This document shows, in pieces, positions 23,301-36,129 of a stretch of 64,000 nt of DNA. How positions within the stretch are numbered: the stretch's first letter is position 1; every line of letters begins with the position of its first letter. A model generated the notes under the pieces. It ran no database searches and was not told the DNA's origin. It saw nothing but the letters and a program-made list of their open reading frames with translations. The DNA lies in the NCBI GenBank assembly GCA_964016885.1, contig CAXHJY010000151.1, forward strand, positions 124,001 to 188,000, given 5' to 3'. The DNA is from Eledone cirrhosa (taxonomy: Eukaryota). The position numbers and the translations under genes are program-made.

Positions 23301-24350
23301 CTCGGAAAATAACGGATCGCCGGCGGAGATTGCCATTTCGATCGTGGGCCGGCCGGATCTTGTCGGATCGATTCGGACATATGTGCATCGTGTTCGCAAG
23401 GCCCTTGTCTATGTGTGGTGTGATTTTCATAAAGAAATTCCGAAAAACCCAGTTTTAAATCTGATTTCGCCAAAGAATTTTGGCTATCAGATCGGGTTGA
23501 AAGGTATGGTTTCAGGTCGATCTGAAAGTCTAAAATGGAATTCACTCGGTTAGCTAACTATTGATATATCGGAGATATCTTTCTGAAAATCACACCACAC
23601 ACTCCCAATGAGTGTCTGCACATGTACCAGTAATTACAGATGGATCCCACCACGGGCGGCCGGCCCACGATCGAAAAGGTTACTCCGAAGCACACCATTC
23701 GCCGGCGGAATTCATTTAGCATGGGCAGTTTTTCTCGAAAATCACACCACACACAGCCAATGAGTGTCCGCACATGTACCAGTAATTACAGATGGATCCC
23801 ACCACGGGCGGCTGGCCCACGATCGAAAAGGTTACTCCGCCTGCAAACGGTCATTTTCGAATTAGTTTTCTTCGAAGCACACCATTCGCCGGCGGACTTC
23901 AGCTTCCTCATTTAGCATGGGCAGTTTTTCTTGAAAATCACACCACACACAGCAAATGTGTGTCCGCACATGTACCAGTAATTACAGATCGATTCCGGTG
24001 AAAATTCACTGAAAACGGGCCATTCGGCCCTGTGCGTCGATCGTGGGCCGGCCGGATGTTGACGGATCGATGTGTAATTAGAAGTACATGTGCGGACACT
24101 CATTGGCTGTGCGTGGTATGCATTTCACTAAGATATCTCCGTAACATCAAGAGTTATGGCTGTGGAGGCACACCTAGTCAAACGTAAACAAGGTCTGGAG
24201 CGTTTACGCTTCGCGATTTTGTTTACGTTTGACTAGGTGTGCCTCCACAGCGACAACTCTTGATGTTACGGAGATATCTTGCTGAAATTCATACCACGCA
24301 CAGCCAATGAGTGTCCGCACATGTACCTGTAATTACACATCGATCCGACG
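20323..24350. repeat. Fold-back satellite: 196-bp monomers in alternating orientation, 1584-bp higher-order unit
   Basis: Mirror ORFs 20352-/20747+; hairpin centres at ~20645, ~22621, ~24205; periods 1976 (=1584+2x196) and 1584. Confidence 0.9.
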
Positions 24351-24429
24351 ACGGACAGAGTATTCGGTTTATTTTCTTGACATATTTCTTTACATATTGT
24401 CCAGGCATGCACTTTTTCCATGATTAGTT

Positions 24430-24489
24430 CTGTTGACGGCCCGCTTTCCAAAATACCTTATCCTGTGCAACGCCGGGTACCACTGCTAG
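24430..24489 (+). mobile_element. Helitron-type 3' terminus
   Basis: CCTGTGCAACGCCGGG hairpin, short spacer, then CTAG followed by T. Confidence 0.7.
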
Positions 24490-24884
24490 TATATATATGT
24501 GTATGTATATATATATATATATATTGGTAAACGGAATAGAAAATTGTGACAAATTGTTCACAGTGAAAAATAGTTTAATTAGGAATAAGTGATAATTAGT
24601 AATAGTATTGGTTAGTATTAAGTTTTGGTTTTAAGTTTTACCGGTTGCGCATTTCTAATGCTTTTCAAAAATAATTTTGAGATAGAGCGTCCGTGATGTT
24701 TGCTCTGATCTGTATATATATATATATATATATAGACAAACAGTAGAAAGGAAAAAGATTTTTTCAGTAGAAATTGCTGAAGAGATTCTTTCAGTGTAAT
24801 TTCAAAACATTAATTTATTTATAAAGTGGATATTTCCACATTTAATAATGGCACTGGGTTCAGCATTATATACATTGTCAATTG

Positions 24885-25215
24885 TGGATTCTACTTTTGG
24901 CACAAGGGCTGCAATTATCCAGTACATTACTGGTACTTTATTATTTATACAAATAATAATTGTTTCTACTTTTGGCACAAGGGCAGCAATTACCCAGTAC
25001 ATTACTGGTACTTTATTATTTATACAAATAATAATTGTTTCTACTTTAGGCACAAGGTCAGCAATTACCCAGTACATTACTGGTACTTTATTATTTATAC
25101 AAATAATAATTGTTTCTACTTTAGGCACAAGGTCAGCAATTACCCCAGTACTTTATTTTATCGACCCCGTAAGGATGAAAGAAAAGTTAACCTCAACGGG
25201 ATTTGAACTCAGTCT
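24885..25215 (-). repeat. 75-bp minisatellite derived from a SINE tail, plus adjacent SINE fragment (copy A only)
   Basis: About 3.3 units of 75 bp, then TTTATCGACCCCGTAAGGATGAAAG..GTTAACCTC..ATTTGAACTCAG, the reverse complement of the SINE core at 29432. Confidence 0.75.
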
Positions 25216-25303
25216 GTAAAGGGAGGTAACTGCTGGATTAATTTGGTTAATTAAGTTAACAGAAATTATGAACCGGTTTCTACAGAGCCTTCTGGACATT
25301 TAA

Positions 25304-25524
25304 CCCTTTAGCATTTAAACCAGCCATACCTAGCCAGAATACTCTCACATCTTTCTGTTCAAACCAGCCATAACTGGCCACTCATACTGACGTTAAGGTA
25401 TTGTTCTCAATATAAATAATATCAAAATCTCATAGATTCGATATTATATGAGATAATTATGTAAGATAAAGCCTTTACCACAAAAATACAATAGTATATA
25501 TAGAGTAATAAAAATGCTAAAGGG
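25304..25524. mobile_element. piggyBac-like MITE (221 bp)
   Basis: TIR CCCTTTAGCATTT / AAATGCTAAAGGG flanked by TTAA on the left and TAAA on the right. Copy B 58555-58775. Confidence 0.75.
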
Positions 25525-25899
25525 TAAAAGTAGCTTATTATTTTGTGAGCTCTTGCTACTTATTGCTCTTGTGCATCAAGAACATACACAGCTTACATTT
25601 TGTTGCTAATCTCACTGAGATCCAACTACATCTCTTGTTTATCCATAGTTTGGAATTTCTACCTACTCCTTTCCTTTAGAATGATCAAGGCCATTTTCTT
25701 GTGGGGATCTAGGCCCTGTTTTCCTTTCTATTTTGCCAAGTTATCTTACATCACTTTCATTCTAGACCATGCTTCCAGGTTTGGAATTTCTCCTCTAATT
25801 TTACCACAGATTAAGTGACAAGGGTTCAATCATGTGCATACAGGAGTTCCCATGGACAGCCAGTAATATGTAATAGCCTGCAGGATGATAATAAACAGA

Positions 25900-27420
25900 A
25901 GAGGGTTAATTACAGAGCCCTGATAGAGGGTTAATAACAGAGCCCTGATAGACTTGTTCACTCAACTCCTCACTATAGCCATCATTACTTTTAACCTTAC
26001 TGACTGCTCCTCCATACATGGCTTTTACTGCTCTCACAAGCCACTCATATACCCCTAGTTTTCTAAGTTATACACCAGATTAGGGAAGGGGGAAGTCTCA
26101 CAGAAGCTCTCTCTGGGTCAACAAATGCCAAGTAGAGGGGCTTATTTTAGCTAGGTACTACTCTTGCAGTTGCCACACAAGGAAGAGGACATCAGTGGTA
26201 CTTTTACCTGGCACAAATCCAAACTTCATCTCATCTAGGTTAACTTGGTCCCTAATCAGCTGTGTTATAAATCTAACACCTTCATGAAGTGGTCCATCTA
26301 ATATCTCTATAGTTTTCTAGCTCTAGTACATCTCCTTTGCCCTTGTAGCAGTTGATGATGATGATACTACACCATTTATTTGGTATGACACCATTTTGTA
26401 TTACATGCTGTACGATACCAGTGGTTAAGATGTGACCCACCATCCCAGATACTTTCAGTATCTCAGCAACTATCACCAATGGACAAGATACTTTCTCTGT
26501 CTTCATATCCTTAATTACCTTACTTCATATCCTTAATTACCTTACTGCTTACTTGTATGGCTGGACCCTCTGTTGGGCCCACTTTCCGTAGACTATCTTC
26601 CTCCCATGCATTCTCCTCATTCAGTAATCTTTCATAAAGGCATTTCCATGTTACAAAGGTTGGCTGAAAAGTTCATAGACTATCAATGATAGCATGATGC
26701 TAGAGCTGTGAAATCTTGCCTGCATTAATTTCAACTCTTCTTATTAATAACTGCATTGTTTCCTTCCAGGGACTATGTTGAAAAATAAACCTCATTTGGT
26801 CATTCCATGAGTGTATCTTGGTCTGCCTATGAACTTTTCAGCTGACCCTATTCAGCATCAGTGAGCCCAAATGCCCCATTATCATCCTGGACACACTTTA
26901 CCCCAACATCACAATTTGCCCTCACACACTGCCTCACAATCCTGAACATCTCATGTATTTCATCCTCACATCATAAAACCAACTGAAATTATATATTCTC
27001 TGCTTCCCTCCTTGCAAAGAATACTTCTTGCCTAGCTTCCTGTAGTGTACCCTCCAGCTGCCTCCATTCTGCCATTATTCCATGCCTGTCTCTTGGCCTT
27101 AACTGTCTCATCTACCCTAGTGTTTCACCACCAAGATACTCTCCTCTCTGAAGCCCTGCTCCAGCCACAGATCTAGTTTGACACCTTCAGCAAAGGTTCT
27201 TTAAGGAACTCCCACTGTTCCCCTATATTGTATGTTTCTATTTGTTCTTCCTTACTGTTGTAAAGATCAAACAAAATATCTCTAAATTTGGAACTGGCTG
27301 AGGGGTCCTTTAACTTCCATATCCTTCTCCTCCAAGTTGCCCTCAGTCTTCAAGTTCATCTAAGTCTATGAAATCACTAACTACTGGGTTATGTTGGGAG
27401 GTGCATTCTTCCCCAGGGGG
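25900..27420 (-). mobile_element. Decayed RTE-like LINE (pre-RT to RT)
   Basis: GVIPNKWCSIIIINCYKGKGDVLELENYRDI matches the RTE RT N-terminal motif; many stops. Copy B at +33251. Confidence 0.8.
26652..26852. mobile_element. Tc1/mariner-like MITE nested in the RTE fragment
   Basis: Inverted repeats GGTTGGCTGAAAAGTTCATAG / CTATGAACTTTTCAGCTGACC, starting after TA. Copy B 59903-60103. Confidence 0.65.
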
Positions 27421-27563
27421 TGGGGATTGTGTGTTTACAAATGTCAATATCTCATCTTCTGGTGAGGATAAAAATCTGACTGGCATGCTCCTCTGACCAA
27501 TAGGTGTTGAAGTGGTTGTCGGGTAAACGTTAAGACCCTCTGATATACATATATATATATATA

Positions 27564-27630
27564 CTAGCAGTGGTACCCGGCGTTGCACGGGATAACGTAT
27601 TTCGGAACGCGGGCCGCCATCTTCCACTTC
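27564..27630 (-). mobile_element. Helitron-type 3' terminus (same family as 24430-24489), in a TA tract
   Basis: CTAGCAGTGGTACCCGGCGTTGCACGGGATAA is the reverse complement of the 24460-24489 end. Copy B starts at 60815. Internal extent uncertain. Confidence 0.7.
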
Positions 27631-27899
27631 AGCCGGTCGCCCTAAAGTGTTGGCTATTCAGTCTACTTGAGGCCAGTTGGTGAGGGGGGGTAAAGCTTTC
27701 AGTGTGCTACTACCCTCACGGTCAAATAGAAAGGGAGAGGAAGAAAAGTCAGCGTTAATATCGTGCTACACGTTTGAAAGGTTGGATGACCTTAGAGTTC
27801 ACCAGGGTGGGGGGTTCTAAAAGTATCTATCTTGGTATTTTATCTTAGAAGTAATCATTACAGAGTGTACTGGGTGTATTTTAGTGGGCAGTAATTCCA

Positions 27900-28690
27900 T
27901 AAAGAACACAGTATAATCTGTGGACACAAGCCTTGCAGTGTGATTACAGGCAGGTTAATGGGAAAGATAGATTATATATGTGACATGATGTACATGAGAA
28001 GTGAGGACACAGACCACACATGAAATAGATTCCTACAACTGTCAGGGAGGCTCCCTAGAATTACAGATGACATATTTCAATATCTCGGTGATCAAGTTAG
28101 CAGTGGAGGAAGAATCTCTAAAAGTGTAATACCCAGGATAAGGACAGGCTGGAAGAAGTTTAGAGTACTGTTCCATCTGTTGACAACAAAGGGCTTCTCT
28201 CTCAGAATGGAGGCTAGACTGCTTGATACTTATGTGTGGTCTGCAATCTACACCCCAGCCATGCCCCTTCCACTACCACTCCTTAGCTATTTCTCTCCAT
28301 TAATACTCCTCACATTTCAAGCAGTTTTCTCATCTCAATGAAAGAAAAATATTGGGCTCAAGAGAAGTCTTCAGTTATGCCATGGTGTGGCAACCTCCCT
28401 AGGGTTGGGCAGAGTGTAAATGAGAGTGAAATTAGGTATGAGAGGGATCATATGCAGTATACAAGAGAGTAGATTACATTGGTATGGTCATGTGATGGGT
28501 ATAAAGGATGACAGCTGTATAAAAATGTGCTGGGCAATCAAAGTTGATGGAAGTTATGAAGGCGGAAGACCCAGGATGACCTGGGATGAGGTGATAAAAG
28601 ATGACTTTGCACAATTGCAACTCTCAAAGACAATGACACAGGATAGAGATCTTGAGATGTATGCAGCAATACAGAAGGCCTGCTTTCCAA
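27900..28690 (+). mobile_element. RTE-like LINE C-terminal fragments
   Basis: RIRTGWKKFRVL-like piece and RLHWYGHVMGIKDDSCIK..GGRPRMTWDEVIKDD. Copy B ~61151-61941. Confidence 0.8.
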
Positions 28691-28784
28691 TGTGCACGGA
28701 CTCAAACATACATCTAGTAGGCCCCTCCTAACCACTATACTCCTTTCCAAACTCCCACACTCCCACTTCTGTACACACCACCTT

Positions 28785-29352
28785 TAGACTGTAAAGTGGT
28801 AGTGTACAAGTCACAACAAAAGCACCCAGTCCACTCTGTAAAGTTGATGTGTTGGTGTCATAACAAAAGGCACTCAGTCCACTCTGTAAAGAGGTTGTGT
28901 AAGTGTCACAACAAAGACATCTAGTCCACACTGTAAAGTGGTCATGTAGGTGTCACAACAAAAAGTACCAGTCATTATTGTAAAGTGGTTGTATAGGTGT
29001 CATAACAAAAAGCACCCAGTCGACACTGTAAAGTGGTTGTGTAGGTGTCAGAACCAAAAGCACCCAGTCCACCCTGTAAAGTGGTTGTGTAGGTGTCATG
29101 ATAAAAAGCACCCAGTCCACACAGTAAAGTGGTCATGTAGGTGTCACTAAAAAAGCACCCAGTCTACTCTGTAAAGTGGTCATGTAGGTGTCATGACAAA
29201 TAGCACCCAGTCCACCCTGTAAAGTGTTCATGTAGGTGTCATGATGGAGAGTAACCAGTCCACAATGTAAAGTAGCCATGTAGCTGTCACAACAAAGCAC
29301 CCAGTCCACACTGTAAAGTGGTCATGTAGGTGTCATTTCAAAAAGCACCCAG
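28785..29352. repeat. 48-bp minisatellite (~12 units; 4 more in copy B, ~62036-62795)
   Basis: Unit GTCCACACTGTAAAGTGGTCATGTAGGTGTCATGACAAAAAGCACCCA; offset change 192 = 4 x 48; related reverse-strand copies at ~9255-9410. Confidence 0.9.
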
Positions 29353-29354
29353 GT

Positions 29355-29545
29355 CCATGGCTTGGCCTGCTAACCGACGCTATACCCAAGTCGGTCGCCA
29401 TGCTTTCCAGCATAGAGTTACGTCTCTTTATGGTCTGAGTTCAAATCACGCCGAGGTTAACTTTGCCTTTCATCCTTACGGGGTCGATAAAATAAAGCAC
29501 CAGTAATGTACTGGGGTCGATTTAATCGACTTTCCCCTCCTCTGC
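29355..29545 (+). mobile_element. tRNA-derived SINE of octopod type
   Basis: B-box-like GAGTTCAAATC followed by ACTTTGCCTTTCATCCTTACGGGGTCGATAAAATAAAGCACCAG..CTGGGGTCGATTTAATCGAC; fragments also at ~5980-6050, ~9630-9700, ~19545-19600(-), ~19825-19880. Copy B ~62798-62988. Confidence 0.75.
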
Positions 29546-29582
29546 CAAATGACACACACATGCATGGTTCGGGGGAACCTAC

Positions 29583-29650
<68 letters not shown>

Positions 29651-30529
29651 GTAGGTCACTGGTTGAGTCGGTATTAACCACAGTAACTAAGGTACTCAAT
29701 ACATATTAGATATAGGTGTCTTTCTAATTGCTGGCCTTGTTCATAAGGTATACACAAGTATGATGTGTGTCTGTTTAACTGTACGTGTGAAAACATCGCG
29801 AAATTGCGCCTTTTAATATTTGAATATAAACAGTTAAAAAATAATTATTTTAGTAATTTTTAAATATCGATAATGTGTATATAAATATTAGAAATCAATT
29901 TAATTAGTTCAGTAACATTACTCGGAGTTAAGATAAACCTTCATTTGAAGAAATTCGAGATTTGACCAAATAAATAGATTATGTGATCAATAAAAAAAAT
30001 ATGTATACGCGCTGTGACGACGGGTTGCAGACAGTCAGGCATACAGACACATATTTTAAAGCGTGCGACGTTAAAAGTCTTACTCTCTCTCTTTTTAGAT
30101 AGATAGACTTAATTAAAGCAGTTTCACTCTCTCTATATTTCATCAGCTCCCTCTCTCTTAAATTGAAAGATTCATTAAGGCTGAAATAATCTAAACAGTA
30201 ACATCATTTTTCGCCAGCTCTAGCTTGCGTCCAGAGATATACACACACATATATATATATTTTTTTTGTTATCGAGTTGAGCTTTGCCAAGCATAGAATT
30301 CCAAATTTGACCATCTCCACTGAAAATGTTCGTGAAATAGTCTTTAAGAAGCAATTTAATTTTTTCCAACTGAAACTGTAAGTATTTTAAAATTTATTTC
30401 AACATGGTCTTAAAAGATTGTTGGCTTTTTTTAAATTCATAACTATTTACTATGAAATATAAATTATTAAATCCAATTTATTTGATAACCATGATTTGAT
30501 TTTATAATTACCTGAATCACGTTAACATG

Positions 30530-30572
<43 letters not shown>

Positions 30573-30823
30573 GTGTGTGTATATATATATATATATAATA
30601 ATTGTTTCTACGTTACGCAGTGTATTACTGGTACTGTATTTTACGATATTAAATATTAAATATTAACTATTAGATATTAAATATTAAATATTAGATATTA
30701 GATATTAAATATTAAATATGATATCCCTGAAATATATATAATGAAATAAATATGGTTTTATAAATGTAATTTCCATTTGTTTAATATCAAATATATATAT
30801 ATATATATATGTATTTATGTATA

Positions 30824-30891
<68 letters not shown>

Positions 30892-31118
30892 GCAGACACA
30901 GACACAGAATATCGTATATATCACACACACACAATTAAGACTTGACGTGTTGCAGACAGCCAGACATACAGAGAGATATTTTAAAGCGTGCGACCTTAAA
31001 TGCCTTACTCTTTCTCTTATCAAAAGAGAAAGAGTAATGCTAACACTTACGTCTACTTCACGCTCTCTTGAACCGTTACAGAAATTGCATCACATCTAAT
31101 TATAACTTTGTACGTTTG

Positions 31119-31193
<75 letters not shown>

Positions 31194-31199
31194 GCACAC

Positions 31200-31230
<31 letters not shown>

Positions 31231-31233
31231 CAC

Positions 31234-31289
<56 letters not shown>

Positions 31290-31356
31290 GTGTGTGTGTG
31301 TATATATATACACACACACGTGTATATATATATATATATATACACACACACGTGTG

Positions 31357-31389
<33 letters not shown>

Positions 31390-31410
31390 GTGTGTGTATA
31401 TATATATATA
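30530..31410. repeat. (TA)n/(CA)n microsatellite block with CACGTG-centred palindromes
   Basis: Directly visible; explains the YIYI and HTHT ORFs. Confidence 0.9.
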
Positions 31411-31751
31411 TCTGTCTCTCTCCCTGTCTCTCACTCTGCCTCTATCCCCCCTCTCTCTCTCTGTCTCTCCCCCCCCCCCTCTCTCTCTCTCTAGTAGTAG
31501 AGAGAGAGAGAGATATAAACGTATAACCCTAAACCTAACCCATCTCTCTCACTCTCTCTCTCCCCCTCTCTCTCTCTTCTCTCTCTCACTCTCCCTCTAC
31601 CCCCCCTCTCTCTATTTCTCTCTCTCTCCAGTAGTAGAGAGAGACAAAGAGAGAGAGAGATATAAACGTATAACCCTAACCAAACCCTAACCCAACTCTA
31701 ACCCAACCCTAACCCTAACCCCAACCCTAACTCTAACCTAACCCTAACCCA

Positions 31752-31782
<31 letters not shown>

Positions 31783-33688
31783 ACCCCCTCTCTCTCTCTC
31801 TAGTAGTAGAGAGAGAGACAAAGAGAGAGAGAGAGATATAAACGTATAACCCTAACCCATCTCTCTCTCTCTATTTCTCCCCCCCTCTCTCTCTCTCTAG
31901 TAGTAGAGAGAGAGAGACAAAGAGAGAGAGAGATATAAACGTATAACCCTAACCCAACCCTAACCTCTCTCTCTCCCCCCTCTCTCTCTCTATTCCCCCC
32001 CTCTCTCTCTCTCTCTAGTAGTAGAGAGAGAGACAGAGAGAGAGAGAGAGATAGATATAAACGTATAACCCTAACCCAACCCTAACCCATCTCTCTCTCT
32101 CTCTCTCTCTCTCTTTGTTTTTAACATTGTTTTGTTTTTCTTTTCTTTTCTTATTCAGATGACAAACGGCAGAGGATACAACAGAAGAAAAGAACAAAGA
32201 TAATTATTATTATTATTACTATTATTATTTGTTTTATTATAATCAAAATATGCTGTTAGTTAGATCTGCATTGTGTACATTTTATATAATTTATGCCAGT
32301 TCCTTTTCTGCATATCGAACATGGCCATTTCCCTGACGGAATAGAGTTTTGTCCTCTTTCGTGACACAAAGTACAGCCAGCGGCATCATTGCGGACAGAC
32401 TTAATCCCGAATTGCACTGACACACTGCCTCGCAATACGGAACACCGCACGTCTTTGATCTTCTTCCCGTCGATCAGCCTCCTTGCCATGCTAAGTACAC
32501 CTGACGTCTAGCTTCTCTCTTAGCGGCGGCTTTATATTCTTCTCTACTCCCACTAATTTTCCAAGCATTCCATGCTAGCCTTTAGTCTCCAATGGCCCGA
32601 TCTACCGTGCTGTCCCACCACCATGTCACTCTCTGTCTGGTTGGAACTCTGATCCAGCCACAAGTTTAATCAGTAGCCTGCAATAAGTTGTCACATAAGA
32701 AAATCGAGTTCTCATGTATGTCATACGACTGTGAATCGTCTTCTTTTTCGTCATACACATATTGAAGGGCTTTCCTAAATTTCTATTTTAGTGAAATCTC
32801 TTTTAGCTTCCAGACCTTTCTTTTTTCCACATCTTCCTGTATGTCTCAATCATACCTGGAGCTGTCCAACATGACCATTGAAATCCCCTGCTAGCATAAC
32901 GATGTCTCCGTCCTGTCATTGTGGCTGTTTGTAAAAATTGCTTGTAAATGAAGTCTTTCTTTTCTTTACCTAGCAGAAGCAATTAACACTAACCCAACTG
33001 TAACACTAACCCTAACACTAACTTATGCAGGCCTAGGTAAAGACAAGAAAGATAAAACAAGGAGTGATGCTTCTTGAATTTTGTGATGCAAGTGTTTTAA
33101 CCATTTGCAAAACCAACTTCCACAAACCTGCCTCACTGCTGCCTAATAACCTACAAATCAGGCAAGCACAGAAGCCGGATTTCTCGGTAGTTAGGCAGCG
33201 AGACAGACAGATGGGGTGTGAAGTACCAGGGTGTGCCCCGGGGAGGAATGTTTCCCACAGCGTGGGTTGGTTGTTGGTGATGTCTCGGTTATCTTGAGAC
33301 GGAGTGAGACGTGCAGGAATACTCTCACGGAATCGCCAAATGAGGTTTATTTTTCAACATAGTCCCTGGAATGAAACAATGTGGTTATTAAGAAGAATTG
33401 AAATTAATGTAAGATTTCACAGATCTATGATCAATCCTTCACAGTCAGCTTACAAAGTTTTCAGCCAAACCTTGTGTATTTCCAACATTTCAAACCCTAT
33501 CTAGGACTACATTATCTAATGTACAGTACAGTAGTTAGTATTAGTGGCTATCAGACATAGTGTATCTAAATGCAACATTTTTAACATTGTTTTTTTTTTC
33601 TTTTCTTTTCTTATTCAGATGACAGACGGCAGAGGATACAATAGAAGAAAAGAACAATGATAATTATTATTATTATTATTGTTGTTAT

Positions 33689-34082
33689 TCCTTGAATCTC
33701 AGTCATTGATGTTGGTTAACTGGAAAGTCCGTTGGAATGAATATCAAGCCACTACCTGCAGCCTCAGATATTCAGGACGTATCGGAGGGTTCTTGCTGTT
33801 CCAAGCAAGCATGCCTTTTGAAGCGTTCCAAAAAGCGTGAAGGGGCCGATTTTCTTTAACCATCCCTGGAAACTTTTGGAGATGGACAAAAAACTGGAAC
33901 ACAATAGACCTGACCTGGTGGTTGTGGACAAAGAAAAAAGATCGTGTCTGATTGTGGATGTGGCCTGCCCGTTCAACACGAGAGTGCAAGAGAAGGAGAG
34001 GGAGAAAATTAACCGATACCAGGACCTAAAGTGGGAGGTGAAAAGGATTTGGAACTGCCATGAAGTCAAAGTGATCCCGATT
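33689..34082 (-). mobile_element. R4/Dong-like inverted fragment, copy B
   Basis: Same ORF pieces at 33837+ and 33764-. Confidence 0.8.
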
Positions 34083-34083
34083 G

Positions 34084-34127
<44 letters not shown>

Positions 34128-35639
34128 TATTATTTGTTTTATTATAATCAAAATATGCTGTTAGTTAGATCTGCATTGTGTACATTTTATATAATTTATG
34201 CCAGTTCCTTTTCTACATATCGAACATGGCCATTTCCCTGACGGAATAGAGTTTTGTCCTCTTTTCTACTCATCAACACTCATTCGTGACACAAAGTACA
34301 GCCAGCGGCATCATTGCGGACAGACTTAATCCTGATTTGCACTGACACACTGCCTCGCAATACGGAACACCGCACGTCTTTGATCTTCTTCCCGTCGATC
34401 AGCCTCCTTGCCATGCAAAGTACACCTGACGTCTAGCTTCTCTCTTAGCGGCGGCGGCTGTATATTCTTCTCTACTCCCACTAATTTTCCAAGCATTCCA
34501 TGCTAGTCTTTAGTCTCCAATGGCCCGATCTACAGTTTCTGTCTCAACTCGTCTATGCTTGGTCGTTCCCGCACATTGACATTGCACATCCAACGGAGCA
34601 TGCTTGCTTCATTTCTCTCCAGCCGTCGCATGTCCTCTGCAGTTGCTGCCCGTGTCTCACTACCATGCAGCATCGCGCATCTAAACCTGGCCCTTACCCT
34701 AACCCCAACCTCTTTGGTTTTCGTTTTCTCGACGGCTAGCCGCATTTCGTGATCCGCCTTTCGATTGCGCTTCCGTCGCGGCAAAAGAATTGCCTTTCCA
34801 GACCGCCGTCGCCCGACCGGACCCATGATAGAAGACGTTCGTTACCGTTGGAGCAACGCAAATTACTCCTCGGTTGACGCCAAAAACGAACGCCTTCCCG
34901 CCTCGCGCCGCCTTCTCCTCGCCGACCCTCGGCCTCGACGATTAGCCACTTTCCGTCACAGCAGTAGATACGCGTCCGTCGTAATAGCCGTCATTTTAAC
35001 GCAGGAGAAACGCCTAATTGCCCTGCACCGCGTTTGACGGCGATCTACGACGGCGACGATGCGCGCACTCTTCCTTGCTGCGACGAAGGTTTCGGCTTTT
35101 CGTCGTGGACCCGGTCAGGTCATGCCGCTGACCTCGCGTTACGGCGACGCGAGAAGACGTTCGTTACCGCTGGAGCAACGCAAATTACTCCTCGGTTGAC
35201 GCCAAAAACGAACGCCTCGCGCCGCCGCTTCCTCCTCGGCCTCGACGATTAGCCGCTTTCCGTCACAGCAGTAGATACGCGTCCATCGTAATAGCCGTCA
35301 TTTTAACGCAGGAGAAACGCCTTGACGACGATATACGACGGGTCGACGACGCGCGCACTCTTTCTGCTGCGACGAAGGTTTTGGCTTTTCGTTGTGGACC
35401 CGGTCGGGTCATGCCTCTGACCTCGCGTTGCGTCGCCACCGCCGCGGCGGGCTTGGGTTTAGCCGTAGCTACCCTCGTTTTGCCAACGGCGACGCGAGAA
35501 GACGTTCGTTACCGCTGGAGCAACGCAAATTACTCCTCGGATGAGGCCAAAAACGAACGCTGAAGAGATATTGTCCATGGATATCGGGAATTTTACCCGC
35601 CCTAGATAGATAGATAGATAGGGATGTATGTATGTATGT

Positions 35640-35679
<40 letters not shown>

Positions 35680-36058
35680 GTATGTATCTTTCTCATTCTC
35701 TCTGTATGTATGTATGTATGTATATATATATAATTATATATTTATAGACATCCTGAAAGCTTTTTAAATGTCTGAGAGATTGGCTAAATATGTTTTGCAG
35801 GTATGACCAGTAAGAGAGAGGTAAGTTATTTCAAAACAATTCTTTGACCATTATTTTAAGGTACTATCTCAGTGTATTTTTAAATTGACCTCTTGATAGG
35901 ATGAAATGACCTGTATAATTTTTTTCATATTTAGATGGAATAGAAGAAAAACAAGAAAAATGAAATGAATTCAAACAGAAAATATACACCAATGCCAATG
36001 GAGGTATGATTTCAGTTTAATCTTAACCTAATGACCACTTTACAGAGTGTACTGGATA

Positions 36059-36129
<71 letters not shown>

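Larger units (their letters stand above)
1..31472. repeat. Macro-repeat / tandem segmental duplication, copy A (~31.5 kb)
   Basis: Sequence at 1 recurs at 31473; identical ORFs at 543/32015, 1592/33064, 4941/36397, 18422/49033, 25600/58851, 28420/61671. Boundary set arbitrarily at window start. Confidence 0.95.

Noticed and set aside
20323-24350. Parvovirus-like rolling-hairpin concatemer
   Set aside because: Loops are all in one orientation and no Rep or capsid coding sequence is present.
20352-24451. Many ORFs on both strands, plus AGCCAATGAG (CCAAT-box) and TTCnnGAA motifs in the palindromic satellite
   Set aside because: ORFs are mirror images caused by the inverted repeats; the short motifs have no associated gene and only two HSE-like pentamers.
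30705-31690. [12 protein letters not shown] ORFs (also 55567-56980, 29457-29709)
   Set aside because: Dinucleotide microsatellite translations.
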